Shown piece by piece: positions 1-10,293 of a stretch of DNA of 64,000 nt (position 1 is its first letter; every line of letters starts with the position of its first letter). The position numbers were made by a program, and so were the translations under genes. The notes under the pieces are model-generated. The model searched no databases. It saw nothing but the letters and a program-made list of their open reading frames with translations, and was not told the origin of the DNA. Origin of the DNA: an uncultured Acidobacteriota bacterium (lineage in GTDB: Bacteria; Acidobacteriota; UBA6911; RPQK01; JAPXNP01); contig CAVZRV010000007.1 of NCBI GenBank assembly GCA_963777605.1, forward strand, positions 928,001 through 992,000. Direction: 5' to 3'.

Positions 1-273
1 TTGATCCGCCCGAAGAAGGAATCCTCGGAAGCAGAGGCGGAGGCCAACACTGACGATTCCGAGGTCGAGAAGAAGGAGTGGGAGGGTGTCTTTCGGGTCG
101 AGGACGGCAAAAGCATGTTCATACCGGTGAAGACCGGGATCGTCGGCGACACCGAGATCGAGATTCTCACCGGCGTCAAAGACGGGGATACCATCGTTAC
201 GGGAAGTTTCAAAACGCTTCGCACATTGTCGGATGGGGATCCCGTCACAGCAGAAACCCGGGAAAGGGGCTAG
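1..273 (+). CDS. Efflux RND/MacA-type periplasmic adaptor, C-terminal fragment (5' truncated by window)
   Basis: PVKTGI...EILTGVKDGDTIVTG is a typical adaptor C-terminus; lies directly upstream of a MacB/LolD-type ATPase. Confidence 0.75.
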   Translation: MIRPKKESSEAEAEANTDDSEVEKKEWEGVFRVEDGKSMFIPVKTGIVGDTEIEILTGVKDGDTIVTGSFKTLRTLSDGDPVTAETRERG

Positions 274-276
274 ATA

Positions 277-990
277 GTGTCAGAGGCATTAATCCAAACC
301 GAAGATCTCTGGAAAACCTATGAAATGGGTTCGGAAATGATTCACGCCCTTCATGGGGTTTCCTTTTCCGTAATGCGAAATGAGTACATTGCAATCATGG
401 GTCCTTCCGGCTCTGGAAAATCAACCTTGATGAACCTGATCGGGTGCCTCGACACACCCAGTAAAGGCAAGTACTTCTTGAACAGCAAGCTCGTCAGCGA
501 CATGGATGATGACGAACTGGCGTACATCCGTAACCGGGAGATCGGTTTCGTATTCCAGACGTTCAACCTTCTACCTCGGGCAACCGCCCTTCAAAACGTG
601 GAACTTCCGTTGATCTACTCCGGAATGCCGGCCGCCGAACGAAGGCAGCGCGCCATTGCCACGTTGGAGGAAGTTGAACTTGCCCACCGCATGGGGCACA
701 AACCGAGCGAACTCTCCGGGGGACAACGACAGAGAGTTGCCATCGCAAGAGCGCTCGTCAACAAGCCGTCGATCATTCTCGCCGACGAACCGACCGGAAA
801 CCTCGACTCGAAGACCGGACGGGAGATCATGACCCTTTTCGAGCGCTTGCACGAGCAGGGAAACACGATTGTGCTCGTCACGCACGAGGCTGAAATCGCA
901 CTGCACGCTCACCGGGTCATTCACCTGCTCGATGGGTGCATCAACACCGATGAGAAGGTGCCTAACCGGGTGGTGCCGGAAGCCGTCTAG
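277..990 (+). CDS. ABC transporter ATP-binding protein (MacB/LolD-like)
   Basis: Walker [42 protein letters not shown]. Confidence 0.92.
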   Translation: MSEALIQTEDLWKTYEMGSEMIHALHGVSFSVMRNEYIAIMGPSGSGKSTLMNLIGCLDTPSKGKYFLNSKLVSDMDDDELAYIRNREIGFVFQTFNLLPRATALQNVELPLIYSGMPAAERRQRAIATLEEVELAHRMGHKPSELSGGQRQRVAIARALVNKPSIILADEPTGNLDSKTGREIMTLFERLHEQGNTIVLVTHEAEIALHAHRVIHLLDGCINTDEKVPNRVVPEAV

Positions 991-1047
991 GTGGCTTCTG
1001 GGAGAGGATTCCGTGCGATGCACCGGCTTTTGCCCCCCTGGCTCATC

Positions 1048-1878
1048 TCATGAGGCGGCCCAATGCCCAGGCTCGACCTCTCTCAGGTCCGGGATCGGCC
1101 CGGACTCTAACGCGGGTTCGTCTTTCATGGCCGCCGCGGCAAGCAAGAGCTGAGTGTACGGGTGGAGAGCCCGGCGGAACAACTTCGCTGTTGCGGCTTG
1201 CTCCACCAGCCTACCTCTCCACATCACTGCACATTCTGCGCACGCGGAACGGACGACGTCCAAATCGTGGCCGATCAGCACCAGCGTGTGCCCCAACTCT
1301 CCAGCCAGTTCCATCAACAGGGACATCACGGCATCCCTGGTTTTCGGATCCAGTGAAGAAACCGGCTCGTCTGCGATCACGATCTCGGGATTGAGGGCAA
1401 TTGCCCGGGCGATTGCCACGCGCTGTCGTTGACCGCCCGACAGTTCAGCCGGGCGCCTCTCCGATAACCCGAATCCCAGTTGCACCTGATCGAGCAGCTC
1501 GAAGGCCCGCCTGCGCCGGGAATCTGCATTCCAACCGGCAATCAGCAGAGGTTCCTCGACAATTTCCCGGATCGTCATGACCGGATTCAGCGAGGAGTAC
1601 GGATCCTGAAAGACGATTTGGATCTTTCGGCGGGCACGGCGGAGTTCCCTTCCATTGACAGAGAGCCAGTCTTTCCCATCGAGCAGGATTTGTCCGGTCG
1701 TTGGTTCGATTAAGCGGGCGAGCATGTAGGCCAGGGTGGTCTTGCCACCCCCTGATTCTCCTGCGATCCCGAGTGTTTTTCCCCGCATGATCCGAAGGCT
1801 GACCCGGTCCACCACAGGCCGATTGTCGAACAGCTTGGTCAAGTCAATTGTCTCAAGGACCGCTTCTTCACACGCCAT
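1048..1878 (-). CDS. Peptide ABC transporter ATP-binding protein (OppF/DppF-like)
   Basis: [40 protein letters not shown]; start moved to ATG 1878, overlapping the upstream gene. Confidence 0.88.
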   Translation of the reverse strand: MACEEAVLETIDLTKLFDNRPVVDRVSLRIMRGKTLGIAGESGGGKTTLAYMLARLIEPTTGQILLDGKDWLSVNGRELRRARRKIQIVFQDPYSSLNPVMTIREIVEEPLLIAGWNADSRRRRAFELLDQVQLGFGLSERRPAELSGGQRQRVAIARAIALNPEIVIADEPVSSLDPKTRDAVMSLLMELAGELGHTLVLIGHDLDVVRSACAECAVMWRGRLVEQAATAKLFRRALHPYTQLLLAAAAMKDEPALESGPIPDLREVEPGHWAAS

Positions 1879-2623
1879 GGGGTTGGTTTCCGTTGCTGAG
1901 GAGGCTGCCGCCAGTGAGAGTACAAGGAAACTCAACGGTTCGGTCGGAAAAAGCCTCAACCAATTTTAAGTCTTGTGAAATCAGAAGGATAGAAAGATTG
2001 TGGAAAGTCCTTAGCTGATCCAGAAGCCGTAGAATTCGGAGCCGATTAGGCCCGTCCAGAGCAGATGTGGGTTCATCACAGATGAGAAGGGAGGGCTGTG
2101 CTGCCAGGCACGCCGCCAACAACGCACGCTGGCATTCTCCAACAGAGAGTTGATGTGGATAGAGCGACATCACCGGATTGGGCTCCGCAAAGCCAACCTC
2201 GATCAGTAATTCAATCGCTCGGCTCCGTGCTTCTTCTCCTTTGAGGCCCTGGTGCAAGCGAAGTGGTTGGAGGAGGTGGGTGCCTGCCGTCAGCAGTGGA
2301 TCGAGGGCGGCCCTAGGCTCCTGAAACACCATCCCGATTTCCTTTCCCCGGACCTCTCGCATTTCCTTCTGACTGAGCTGGAAAAGATCCTGCCCTTTGA
2401 ACCGGATCACACCATTGGCCTGGGCAGTCCCGGGAAGCAGCCGGAGAATCGCCAGTGCCATGGTGGTCTTTCCGCAGCCGGACGGTCCCTCAACGGCGAG
2501 GATTTCCCCTGGAAACAGATTCAGCTGAATTCCATTCAGTACCGGGCTTACGCCCTTCCGGGAGCGGAAGCCCACGGTGAGCTGTTCAATTTCCAGCATT
2601 GGACTTTGCTTTGGTGCGCTCAT
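1868..2623 (-). CDS. Peptide ABC transporter ATP-binding protein (OppD/DppD-like), divergent and short
   Basis: GPSGCGKTT, VFQEP, YPHQLS, DEPTSALD; signature and H-loop deviate. Confidence 0.82.
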   Translation of the reverse strand: MSAPKQSPMLEIEQLTVGFRSRKGVSPVLNGIQLNLFPGEILAVEGPSGCGKTTMALAILRLLPGTAQANGVIRFKGQDLFQLSQKEMREVRGKEIGMVFQEPRAALDPLLTAGTHLLQPLRLHQGLKGEEARSRAIELLIEVGFAEPNPVMSLYPHQLSVGECQRALLAACLAAQPSLLICDEPTSALDGPNRLRILRLLDQLRTFHNLSILLISQDLKLVEAFSDRTVEFPCTLTGGSLLSNGNQPHGV

Positions 2624-2753
2624 ACGACGCTGGACTTGAACCCAGAAGGTAATTTCACTTCCCTGGGGACTTTGCTATGATGGCCCAAGGATCGATGAAG
2701 ACGGTTCAGAATCGATGCCGTCGAATCATAACAGACCCGGAAAAATGCGTTCA

Positions 2754-3017
2754 ATGCTCGATGACGAACTGAAAGATCACCGGAAGGAATTGGAAGCCGC
2801 CATCAACGAGGCGTTGACTGAGTCCCCCGAAGTTGGTCAGGTGATTCACGCAATACGGGAAAAGGGGTACGACGTTTTCATCATCATTGAGGCGACGGTT
2901 GGGTTCAGCCGTCGCGACGAGGGGCCTTTCGAAAGTCTCCGCCTTCCTGCCGCGCGCCTGGAGCTGACAACCCAAGATGAGAGCTTCCTCCGCTCCCTGA
3001 AGATCAAACCTGAATAG
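2754..3017 (+). CDS. Small hypothetical protein
   Basis: Acidic helical ORF (MLDDELKD...FLRSLKIKPE) filling the gap between oppD and selD. Confidence 0.6.
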   Translation: MLDDELKDHRKELEAAINEALTESPEVGQVIHAIREKGYDVFIIIEATVGFSRRDEGPFESLRLPAARLELTTQDESFLRSLKIKPE

Positions 3018-3032
3018 CCGCGTATTCCTCAC

Positions 3033-4052
3033 CTATTCAAATCGCAGCAGATGGCTGCCCTTTGGCTCAACTCTACCCACCTGTTTCGCGTATGCCCGGA
3101 GCTTATCCGCGGAGCTTTCGGAGACACTCAGAAGGAGCCCTCCCGAGGTTTGAGGGTCCAGGAAGATGTGCTGATGCAGTTCATCCACGGTACCCCAAGC
3201 CACAGTATCTCCCACGTAGGCCCGGTTCGTCATAATCCCTCCCGGTAAAAGGCCACGCTCAGCCAGATCCTCAGTTCCGTTCAGAATCGGGAGGGCCTGG
3301 GCGTCGATGCACAGAGTCACCCCACTCCCTTTGGCCAGTTCGAAAGCGTGGCCCGCGAACCCGTACCCGGTGACATCGGTTGCGCCGTGTACAGTCACTG
3401 TCCGCGCTACATCCGCCACCTCACGGTTCAGTCGGACCATGACCTCGACCGCGCCAGCAAGAACCGAAGGACTTGTCTTTCCGTATTTCACTCCCGTGGT
3501 AATGATGCCCGTTCCCAGCGGCTTGCTGAGGAAGAGTAGATCGCCCGGTCTCGCACCGGTGTTGGTCCAGATCCTTTCCGGGTGAATCGTTCCGGTCACA
3601 CAGTAGCCGAACTTGATCTCGGGATCTTGTACCGAGTGCCCGCCAATGACCGGTACGCCTGCTTCAACCATCTTCTCCGCTCCACCGCGGACAATTTCTC
3701 TCAAAATCGATGTCTCGAGCTTTCCAGAAGGGAATCCAACGACGGACAACGCGAAAAGTGGTTTTGCTCCCATCGCATACAGGTCACTGAGAGAATTGGC
3801 TGCTGCTACGGCACCGTAGGTTCGAGGATCATCTACAACCGGAGTGAAAAAGTCCACGCTCTGAACAATTGCCTGGTCCTGGTCGAGCAAGTATACTCCG
3901 GCGTCGTCGGCACTTTCGAAGCCAACCAATACATTGGGATCCCTGCTCTGAGGCAGATCCTCCAAAACGGTTGCCAGCACCTCCGGTGCCAGCTTAGACG
4001 CTCACCCCGCGCACTTGACCATCTCGGTCAAGCGCTTCTTCTGAAACAGCAT
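3033..4052 (-). CDS. selD: Selenophosphate synthetase SelD, selenoprotein (in-frame UGA at codon 17)
   Basis: Reading through TGA at 4002-4004 gives MLFQKKRLTEMVKCAG-U-ASKLAPEVL; body has DDAGVY, DFFTP, ANSLSDLYAMG, GGHS, TDVTGYG, DPQTSGGLL. Confidence 0.95.
3973..3993 (-). promoter_or_regulatory. Putative bacterial SECIS hairpin in selD mRNA
   Basis: GCUGGCACC-GGA-GGUGCUGGC, 9-bp stem (2 G-U), G-containing loop starting 17 nt after the UGA. Confidence 0.7.
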
Positions 4053-4087
4053 GCTGTGATTATAGCCGGAGCGACCGGCTCTTCGGG

Positions 4088-4924
4088 CTAGCGATCGGTG
4101 AGGGCCTCGTAGATCCGGTCGAGTTCATCCGAGGAATGATAGTGGATCACGATTTGTCCCGACTTGCCACGCTGCCGGATTTCGACCCGCGTCTGCCAGT
4201 GCTCTTCCAGTTTCTCTTCGGCAGCCCGCAGGTTGGGATCCTTTGTCCGGCGTGCCGGGACCTTTTCCCGGTCGGTTTTAAGAAGGCGCTGCACCCGCGC
4301 TTCCGTCTCCCGGACCGAGAGTCCCTTCGCCACCACCATTCGGGAAAGTTCGAGCTGATCCTTATTGCTAAGAGGAATCAGGGCCCGGGCGTGCCCCATC
4401 GAGAGTTCCCCGTTGACCACCATGCTTTGAATGGTCTTGGGGAGTTGGAGCAGTCGAAGCGTGTTGGTAACCGCCGTTCGACTTCGAGAGACCTTCTCCG
4501 CCACCTGTTCCTGGGTCAGGCCAAACTGCTCGATCATCAACTGGTAGGCCTGCGCTTCTTCAATCGGGCTCAAGTCATCTCGCTGGATGTTTTCGATCAG
4601 AGCCAGTTCGAGCATTTCCTGATCAGAGACATCCTGGACGATTGCCGGGATCTGATGGAGCCCGGCACGCTGGGTCGCCCGCCAGCGCCGTTCCCCGGCG
4701 ATGATCTCGTACCCGGTTTCGGTGGGACGAACAACGATCGGCTGCAGCACTCCCTTTTCTTTTATCGAGTTCGCCAGTTCATCCAACTTCTCTCCCGCGA
4801 AGCGAAGCCGCGGCTGAAGCGGGTTTGGGTGAATGCGGTCGATATCGAGCTGCACCAGGCTGCTCTTCTCCCTCGCCTGTGGAAGCAACGCATCCAGTCC
4901 TTTGCCCAAAGCCTTTCGTTTCAT
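4088..4924 (-). CDS. parB: Chromosome partitioning protein ParB
   Basis: ALGKGLDALL, NPLQPR, GERRWRA, ALIENIQR, HTH, GHARAL. Confidence 0.96.
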   Translation of the reverse strand: MKRKALGKGLDALLPQAREKSSLVQLDIDRIHPNPLQPRLRFAGEKLDELANSIKEKGVLQPIVVRPTETGYEIIAGERRWRATQRAGLHQIPAIVQDVSDQEMLELALIENIQRDDLSPIEEAQAYQLMIEQFGLTQEQVAEKVSRSRTAVTNTLRLLQLPKTIQSMVVNGELSMGHARALIPLSNKDQLELSRMVVAKGLSVRETEARVQRLLKTDREKVPARRTKDPNLRAAEEKLEEHWQTRVEIRQRGKSGQIVIHYHSSDELDRIYEALTDR

Positions 4925-4950
4925 CGGTATGCCTAACTCCTCAATTCGAT

Positions 4951-5745
4951 CTATCTGGCTGTGTCTCTTCCAGTCAAAGGTGGATTCGTCCTGCTGAGTA
5001 ACTCCCGGGCCAACTGCAAGTACGAGTTCGCCCCGGTAGATCGGGCATCATAGAGCAAGATCGGTTTTCCAAAGCTGGGCGCCTCGGCCAAGCGCACGTT
5101 TCTCGGAATAACCGTTTGGTAGACCTTGCCTCCGAGATGGTTGCGAACATTTTCACTGATTTGGCCCGACAGGTTGAGTCGGTCGTCGTACATGGTCAAG
5201 AGAATTCCCTCAATTCTCAATTGAGGATTGAAACTCTGACGAACCCGGCTTAGGGTACCCATCAAGTCGGATAGCCCCTCCAGGGCAAAATACTCGCACT
5301 GAATCGGAACCAGGAGGGAATCTGCGGCAACCAGGGCGTTCAACGTCAGGATTCCAAGTGATGGCGGACAGTCGATCAGGATGATGTGATAGGTTTCCCG
5401 GACGGGCGCCAAGGCCTGCCGTAAGGCGAGTTCCCGATTTGGAACCTCCAACAGCTCCACGGTCGCTCCGGTCAGGTCCCGGTTCGAGGGGAGAAGATCG
5501 AGATGGTCCAACTCGCTTGGCACAATGCACTCAGTGATCGGGACATCCGACATGAGCGCGTCATACAAAGACCGATTAAGGGTGTTCTTCTCCCGGCCCA
5601 TACCCGAAGTGGTATTCCCTTGCGGGTCGAGATCAACGAGAAGAACGCGTAGATCCGCCGCTGCCAGCGAAGCTGCCAGGTTAATAGCCGTTGTAGTTTT
5701 TCCGACGCCGCCTTTTTGATTCGCGATTGCTATGACCTTGGACAT
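4951..5745 (-). CDS. parA: Chromosome partitioning ATPase ParA/Soj
   Basis: [45 protein letters not shown]. Confidence 0.96.
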   Translation of the reverse strand: MSKVIAIANQKGGVGKTTTAINLAASLAAADLRVLLVDLDPQGNTTSGMGREKNTLNRSLYDALMSDVPITECIVPSELDHLDLLPSNRDLTGATVELLEVPNRELALRQALAPVRETYHIILIDCPPSLGILTLNALVAADSLLVPIQCEYFALEGLSDLMGTLSRVRQSFNPQLRIEGILLTMYDDRLNLSGQISENVRNHLGGKVYQTVIPRNVRLAEAPSFGKPILLYDARSTGANSYLQLARELLSRTNPPLTGRDTAR

Positions 5746-5790
5746 GGGGCATTAAAAATACCACAGGCGCCTTACATGGAGACAGTCGAT

Positions 5791-6432
5791 TCAGGGATGG
5801 GTTTCACGTGAAACCTTTATCTCCCATACACCCATAAAGCGTTGATTAGAAAGAGGATAGGGTTTCTTTTGCGCGAGATTCCAAGGCGCCGGAAGCGCGT
5901 TGCTTTCTTTCCCCTGAAAGTAAAGCAGCGGTATCTCCAGGTCCACAAGCGGTTTCAGGAGTCTTTGGTCAGGTTTGACAGCCCGCATGACCGCCAGGTC
6001 TACTTCGTCCCAGTGATTCCAGGCTTCGGCTGAAGTTTGGACTATTCTCAGATCCATTTGCAGGCTGGATCGGACGGTTTGCAGAAACACGACCTTCTTC
6101 AGGTTCCGCTCAAGTAGAGTGACGGTCGCCTCAGGCCGAAAGATCTTCATCGCCAACCCGGGGAAACCGGCTCCGCTGCCGATATCCGCAATTCTTTCAG
6201 AGCCGGCCAAGAAGGTTTCACATGCCCAAAAGGCTTCCGCAAAGTGAAACCGGGCCAACTCGTCTGCGTCCGTCACAGTAGTCAGGCTCAACCTGGCACC
6301 CCATTTCGTCAGCAACTCAGCGTAAATCGTGATTTGGGTGAGTTGAACTGGTGAAAGTGACAAACCCAAATCCCCGCAAACAGTAACAAGCGCCTCCCGC
6401 AATTCCATCAAACCCGCCAGTCTATAATTCAC
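5791..6432 (-). CDS. rsmG: 16S rRNA m7G527 methyltransferase RsmG (GidB)
   Basis: DIGSGAGFPG, KKVVFL; position between mnmG and parA. Confidence 0.9.
   Translation of the reverse strand: MNYRLAGLMELREALVTVCGDLGLSLSPVQLTQITIYAELLTKWGARLSLTTVTDADELARFHFAEAFWACETFLAGSERIADIGSGAGFPGLAMKIFRPEATVTLLERNLKKVVFLQTVRSSLQMDLRIVQTSAEAWNHWDEVDLAVMRAVKPDQRLLKPLVDLEIPLLYFQGKESNALPAPWNLAQKKPYPLSNQRFMGVWEIKVSRETHP
5800..5815. promoter_or_regulatory. parS site (inside the rsmG 3' end)
   Basis: Perfect palindrome GGTTTCACGTGAAACC versus consensus TGTTTCACGTGAAACA. Confidence 0.88.
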
Positions 6433-6436
6433 CCGG

Positions 6437-8287
6437 TCAAGCCCGTGTCAGATGAATGCTGAGCATCGAGACTGCCGCCGGCGAAATACCGCGAATTCGT
6501 GCAGCTTGCCCCAGGGTCCCCGGCTTGACACGGTTGAGGCGCTCCGCCATCTCCCTGGAAAGGCCGGGAATCGCGTGATAGTCGATGCCCTCCGGAATGA
6601 CCCGTCCCTCCAGGCTCTTCACCCGTTCCATGTCCCTTCCCTGACGCTCGATGTAGCCCTCGTAGCGAAGAGCTGTCACCACTCCTTCCAGTTCTTCCCC
6701 CTGAAGATCGTGTCCCGCTGCAGCCAGGAGGCGGCGGATCTCTCCAATACTAACTTCAGGGCGTTTTGCCCACTGTGAGAGAGACGTCCCCGGTTCGGGG
6801 CCGTTTCCAAACTCGCCCAACCAGCCAATCTCGTCATTCCCGGCGAACCCGCCTCGCAGATAGGCTTCCGCATTGTCCATCCTTCGCCATTTCCCCTCCA
6901 GCAGTGCCATTTCCCCTGAATTGATCAACCCCAGTCGATGACCACTCTCGGCGAACCGTCGATCCGCATTGTCTATCCTGAGAACAAGGCGGTACTCTGC
7001 CCGGGAAGTGAACATTCGGTAAGGTTCGTCGGCCCCCTGCGTTATGAGGTCATCCACCAGAATTCCGATATACCCTTCCTGGCGGCCGACTCTGAAAGGA
7101 CCTTCTCCTTTCGTCTGAAGCGCCGCATTAATTCCTGCCATGATCCCCTGTGCGGCAGCTTCTTCATAGCCGGTTGTCCCATTAATCTGCCCGGCATGGT
7201 AAAGGCCCCGAATCTTTCGAGTTTCGAGACTTGCCCTGAGCTCCCGTGGTTGGATGAAGTCGTACTCGACGGCGTAACCGGGGCGCATCATTTCGGAATC
7301 CCGCAAACCTTCAATAGAATCCAGCATTCCGCGCTGAACATCGATCGGCAGGCTTGTCGACAGCCCATTTACATAGATCGAGTCCGATTCCAGACCTTCG
7401 GGCTCAAGAAAGAGTTGGTGTCGGCTCCGCTCACTGAAACGAACCACCTTATCCTCGATTGACGGACAGTATCGCGGCCCAATCCCCTGGATCTTGCCGC
7501 CGTAGAGGGGGCTTCGGTTCAAATTCGAAAGGATCAACTCGTGTACTTCAGGATTCGTGTAGGTACTCCAACACGGAACCTGGGCCAATTCTGGCTCTCC
7601 CGAGGTCCTGAAGGAGAAATAGACCGGCTTTGCATCCCCATACTGTCGATCAAATCGGGAGAAGTCCAAGCTGTTGCGATGTAACCTCGGCGGAGTTCCG
7701 GTCTTCAACCGTCCCCGGCTGAACCCAAACGATGCGATGTTTTCCGCCAGGCGCAATGCGGCCCGCTCACCCGAACGTCCGGCACGAAACGTCTTGTCGC
7801 CGACGTGACAGAGTCCATTCAGGAACGTTCCAGTCGTCAGAATGACGGCTCGCGCTTCAATAAACGTTCCGTCGGCCAGTTGAACTCCCTGTACTACGCC
7901 GCCCCGTTCCCGAATTTCAGAAACTTCCCCTTCCAACAATTGAAGATTCGATAGGCCTCCGAGGATCCCTTGTAACGTGGCTCGATACCGTTGCTTGTCA
8001 TTCTGACTGCGAGGAGCACGCACCGCGGGTCCCCGGCTTCGGTTCAGGAGACGAAACTGAATTCCGGTCCGATCAGCAACGGTTCCAATCACCCCCCCGA
8101 GAGCATCAACTTCTCGGACGAGGTGACCCTTGGCAATTCCGCCGATCGATGGATTACAGGACATCTGGCCGATCATCGCCAGATTCAGGGTGACCAGCGC
8201 CGTCTTCACGCCGATTCGAGCGGCGGCGGCGGCGGCCTCACACCCGGCATGACCACCACCAATTACGATTACATCAAAACCAGACAT
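6437..8287 (-). CDS. mnmG: tRNA U34 modification enzyme MnmG (GidA)
   Basis: [65 protein letters not shown]. Confidence 0.97.
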   Translation of the reverse strand: MSGFDVIVIGGGHAGCEAAAAAARIGVKTALVTLNLAMIGQMSCNPSIGGIAKGHLVREVDALGGVIGTVADRTGIQFRLLNRSRGPAVRAPRSQNDKQRYRATLQGILGGLSNLQLLEGEVSEIRERGGVVQGVQLADGTFIEARAVILTTGTFLNGLCHVGDKTFRAGRSGERAALRLAENIASFGFSRGRLKTGTPPRLHRNSLDFSRFDRQYGDAKPVYFSFRTSGEPELAQVPCWSTYTNPEVHELILSNLNRSPLYGGKIQGIGPRYCPSIEDKVVRFSERSRHQLFLEPEGLESDSIYVNGLSTSLPIDVQRGMLDSIEGLRDSEMMRPGYAVEYDFIQPRELRASLETRKIRGLYHAGQINGTTGYEEAAAQGIMAGINAALQTKGEGPFRVGRQEGYIGILVDDLITQGADEPYRMFTSRAEYRLVLRIDNADRRFAESGHRLGLINSGEMALLEGKWRRMDNAEAYLRGGFAGNDEIGWLGEFGNGPEPGTSLSQWAKRPEVSIGEIRRLLAAAGHDLQGEELEGVVTALRYEGYIERQGRDMERVKSLEGRVIPEGIDYHAIPGLSREMAERLNRVKPGTLGQAARIRGISPAAVSMLSIHLTRA

Positions 8288-8394
8288 TGCATCATTATAA
8301 TCAGCAGAACGGCCGGAGCTCGGCTCGGGCCCTCAGATCGTCGATCCTTCGACGCCTGGCGATTCGCCTGAAAGCCCTTCTTCTGGAACAGGAA

Positions 8395-8410
8395 CGTTTC
8401 ACGTGAAACA
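8395..8410. promoter_or_regulatory. parS site (mnmE-mnmG intergenic)
   Basis: CGTTTCACGTGAAACA, 15/16 match to consensus. Confidence 0.9.
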
Positions 8411-8417
8411 TCGTGAA

Positions 8418-9800
8418 CTATTTTCCAATGCAGAAGGTACTGAATATCCGCTCCAGGATCTCATTCGTAGTCGTCTCTCCCATGAGATCCTCAAGCGACG
8501 CCAGCCCCCTCCGAACGTCATAGCTCACAAACTCTTCACTCAGTCCCTCCTCGAGAGCCGCCTGTGCCAGTGCCAGTTCTCGCGCCGCCCGATCGAGACA
8601 GTCCTTTTGACGCAGGTTCGTTACAACCGTCCTGCCCCGTTCAGAAGCTTCCGGCGCCCCGGTAAACTCCCCAATTTTCCGCACTAAGCCTTCAAGATTC
8701 GCCCCCGTCACCGCTGACACCCGTACCGTCCCCGAACTCTCATTTACGACGGCTTCGGGAGGATGCCCTCTTTCCTCCAGATCGCTCTTGTTCACCACCA
8801 TGATGTACGGATGTCCCTCTAACGAATTCCAAACTTCCCGGTCTTCCTCCCGAAAGCCTTCGGATCCGTCCGTAACAAAAAGGACCAGGTCGCTGGCCTT
8901 GATTTCTCTTCCCGTCCGATCCACCCCCAGCATTTCCAATTGATCTCCGGATGAACGAATGCCGGCCGTATCCACAAGGCAAATAGGTACGCCATCGATC
9001 TCTATCCACTCCCTGAGAACATCTCGAGTTGTCCCAGGGATAGCGGTGACAATAGCCCGTTCATATTCCACTAAACTATTGAAAAGACTGGATTTACCGA
9101 CATTTGGACGGCCTGCGATCGCCACTGCGAGACCTTCCCGAAGCAGCCGCCCCACGTTGAAGGAAGCACTCAATTCCTCAAGAGATCGTTTCGCCCCCTC
9201 AAGGCTCTCCCGGATCACTTCACGAGAACCTGCGTCAACATCATCCTCAACAAACTCGAGCCTGGTTTCGAGGTGGCTCACTGCATCAACAAGTTTCTCT
9301 TTGATCGGGGCCACCTGCCTTGAGATGAGTCCCTCCAACTGCTCCCGAGCCACGTCAGCCTGATACCTGGTCTGGCTGGCGATCAGATCCCGGACCGCCT
9401 CGGCCTGAACCAGGTCGATCTTCCCATTGAAAAAAGCCCGCATCGTGAATTCTCCGGGCCCGGCCGGCCGCGCTCCGGCCGCCATGCAGACCCGGACAAT
9501 TTCATTTGCTATTACGGGGCTTCCGTGCGAGGAGATTTCGGCAATGTCCTCCCCGGTGTAGGAGTGCGGCTGCGGGTAGTAACTCCAGAGCACCTGATCG
9601 AGGGCTCTTCCCCACTTATCCACTACGTGTCCAAGTTGCTGGTGACGAGGTTTGGGTGGGATATTTCCCTTCCAGTTAAGTACTTGGCGCAATATCTCGA
9701 TGACACCGGGGCCGCTCACTCGAACAACAGCAAGCGCACCTCTTCCTGGAGGAGTCGCGATGGCGACAATCGTATCGTTATCGATCCCTGGGATTTTCAT
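8418..9800 (-). CDS. mnmE: tRNA modification GTPase MnmE (TrmE)
   Basis: DTIVAIATPPG, GEFTMRAF, GRPNVGKSS, GTTRD, DTAG, NKSD, C-terminal FCIGK; start set at ATG 9800. Confidence 0.96.
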   Translation of the reverse strand: MKIPGIDNDTIVAIATPPGRGALAVVRVSGPGVIEILRQVLNWKGNIPPKPRHQQLGHVVDKWGRALDQVLWSYYPQPHSYTGEDIAEISSHGSPVIANEIVRVCMAAGARPAGPGEFTMRAFFNGKIDLVQAEAVRDLIASQTRYQADVAREQLEGLISRQVAPIKEKLVDAVSHLETRLEFVEDDVDAGSREVIRESLEGAKRSLEELSASFNVGRLLREGLAVAIAGRPNVGKSSLFNSLVEYERAIVTAIPGTTRDVLREWIEIDGVPICLVDTAGIRSSGDQLEMLGVDRTGREIKASDLVLFVTDGSEGFREEDREVWNSLEGHPYIMVVNKSDLEERGHPPEAVVNESSGTVRVSAVTGANLEGLVRKIGEFTGAPEASERGRTVVTNLRQKDCLDRAARELALAQAALEEGLSEEFVSYDVRRGLASLEDLMGETTTNEILERIFSTFCIGK

Positions 9801-9807
9801 GAACAGG

Positions 9808-10293
9808 CTAGGCCGGCACAATCTGCACTCGCCGGTAACGCCCCGAACCTTCGCTCTCGGTTCGCACATCAGGCTCGTCGGCCAAGGCGAGGTGGATGAT
9901 TCGACGCTCCCCGGAAGGCATCGGCTGCAGAATCACCTTACTTCCCGATACCCGGACCTTTTCCGCTGCCTTCTCCGCCAGCAACTCCAACTCGGCAACG
10001 CGCTCATTGCGGTAGTTCCCGCAATCCACGAGAAAGCTGTATTCGCGTCCGGCCTGCCGGTAAAAGACCTGGTTCACGAGGTGGTTGATCGCATACAGGA
10101 GACGGGCGTTGTCCGCTAACAACAGGGACTCATCCTCGCCGCTCAACTCAATCGCGATCAACCTGCCTTCAATCTCTGAGTCTACATCCAGATCCAGTCC
10201 ACTGAGCTCTATAAGCTCGCGGACAAACCCTTCAGTCCGTTCCAAAAGAACCTGCGCTTCCGCTTTCTCCATCCCCTGAGTCACTCCACTCAC
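9808..10293 (-). CDS. jag: Jag/KhpB (EloR)-family RNA-binding protein (KH + R3H)
   Basis: PMPSGERRIIH R3H motif, TESEGSG; directly after yidC. Confidence 0.88.
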   Translation of the reverse strand: MSGVTQGMEKAEAQVLLERTEGFVRELIELSGLDLDVDSEIEGRLIAIELSGEDESLLLADNARLLYAINHLVNQVFYRQAGREYSFLVDCGNYRNERVAELELLAEKAAEKVRVSGSKVILQPMPSGERRIIHLALADEPDVRTESEGSGRYRRVQIVPA

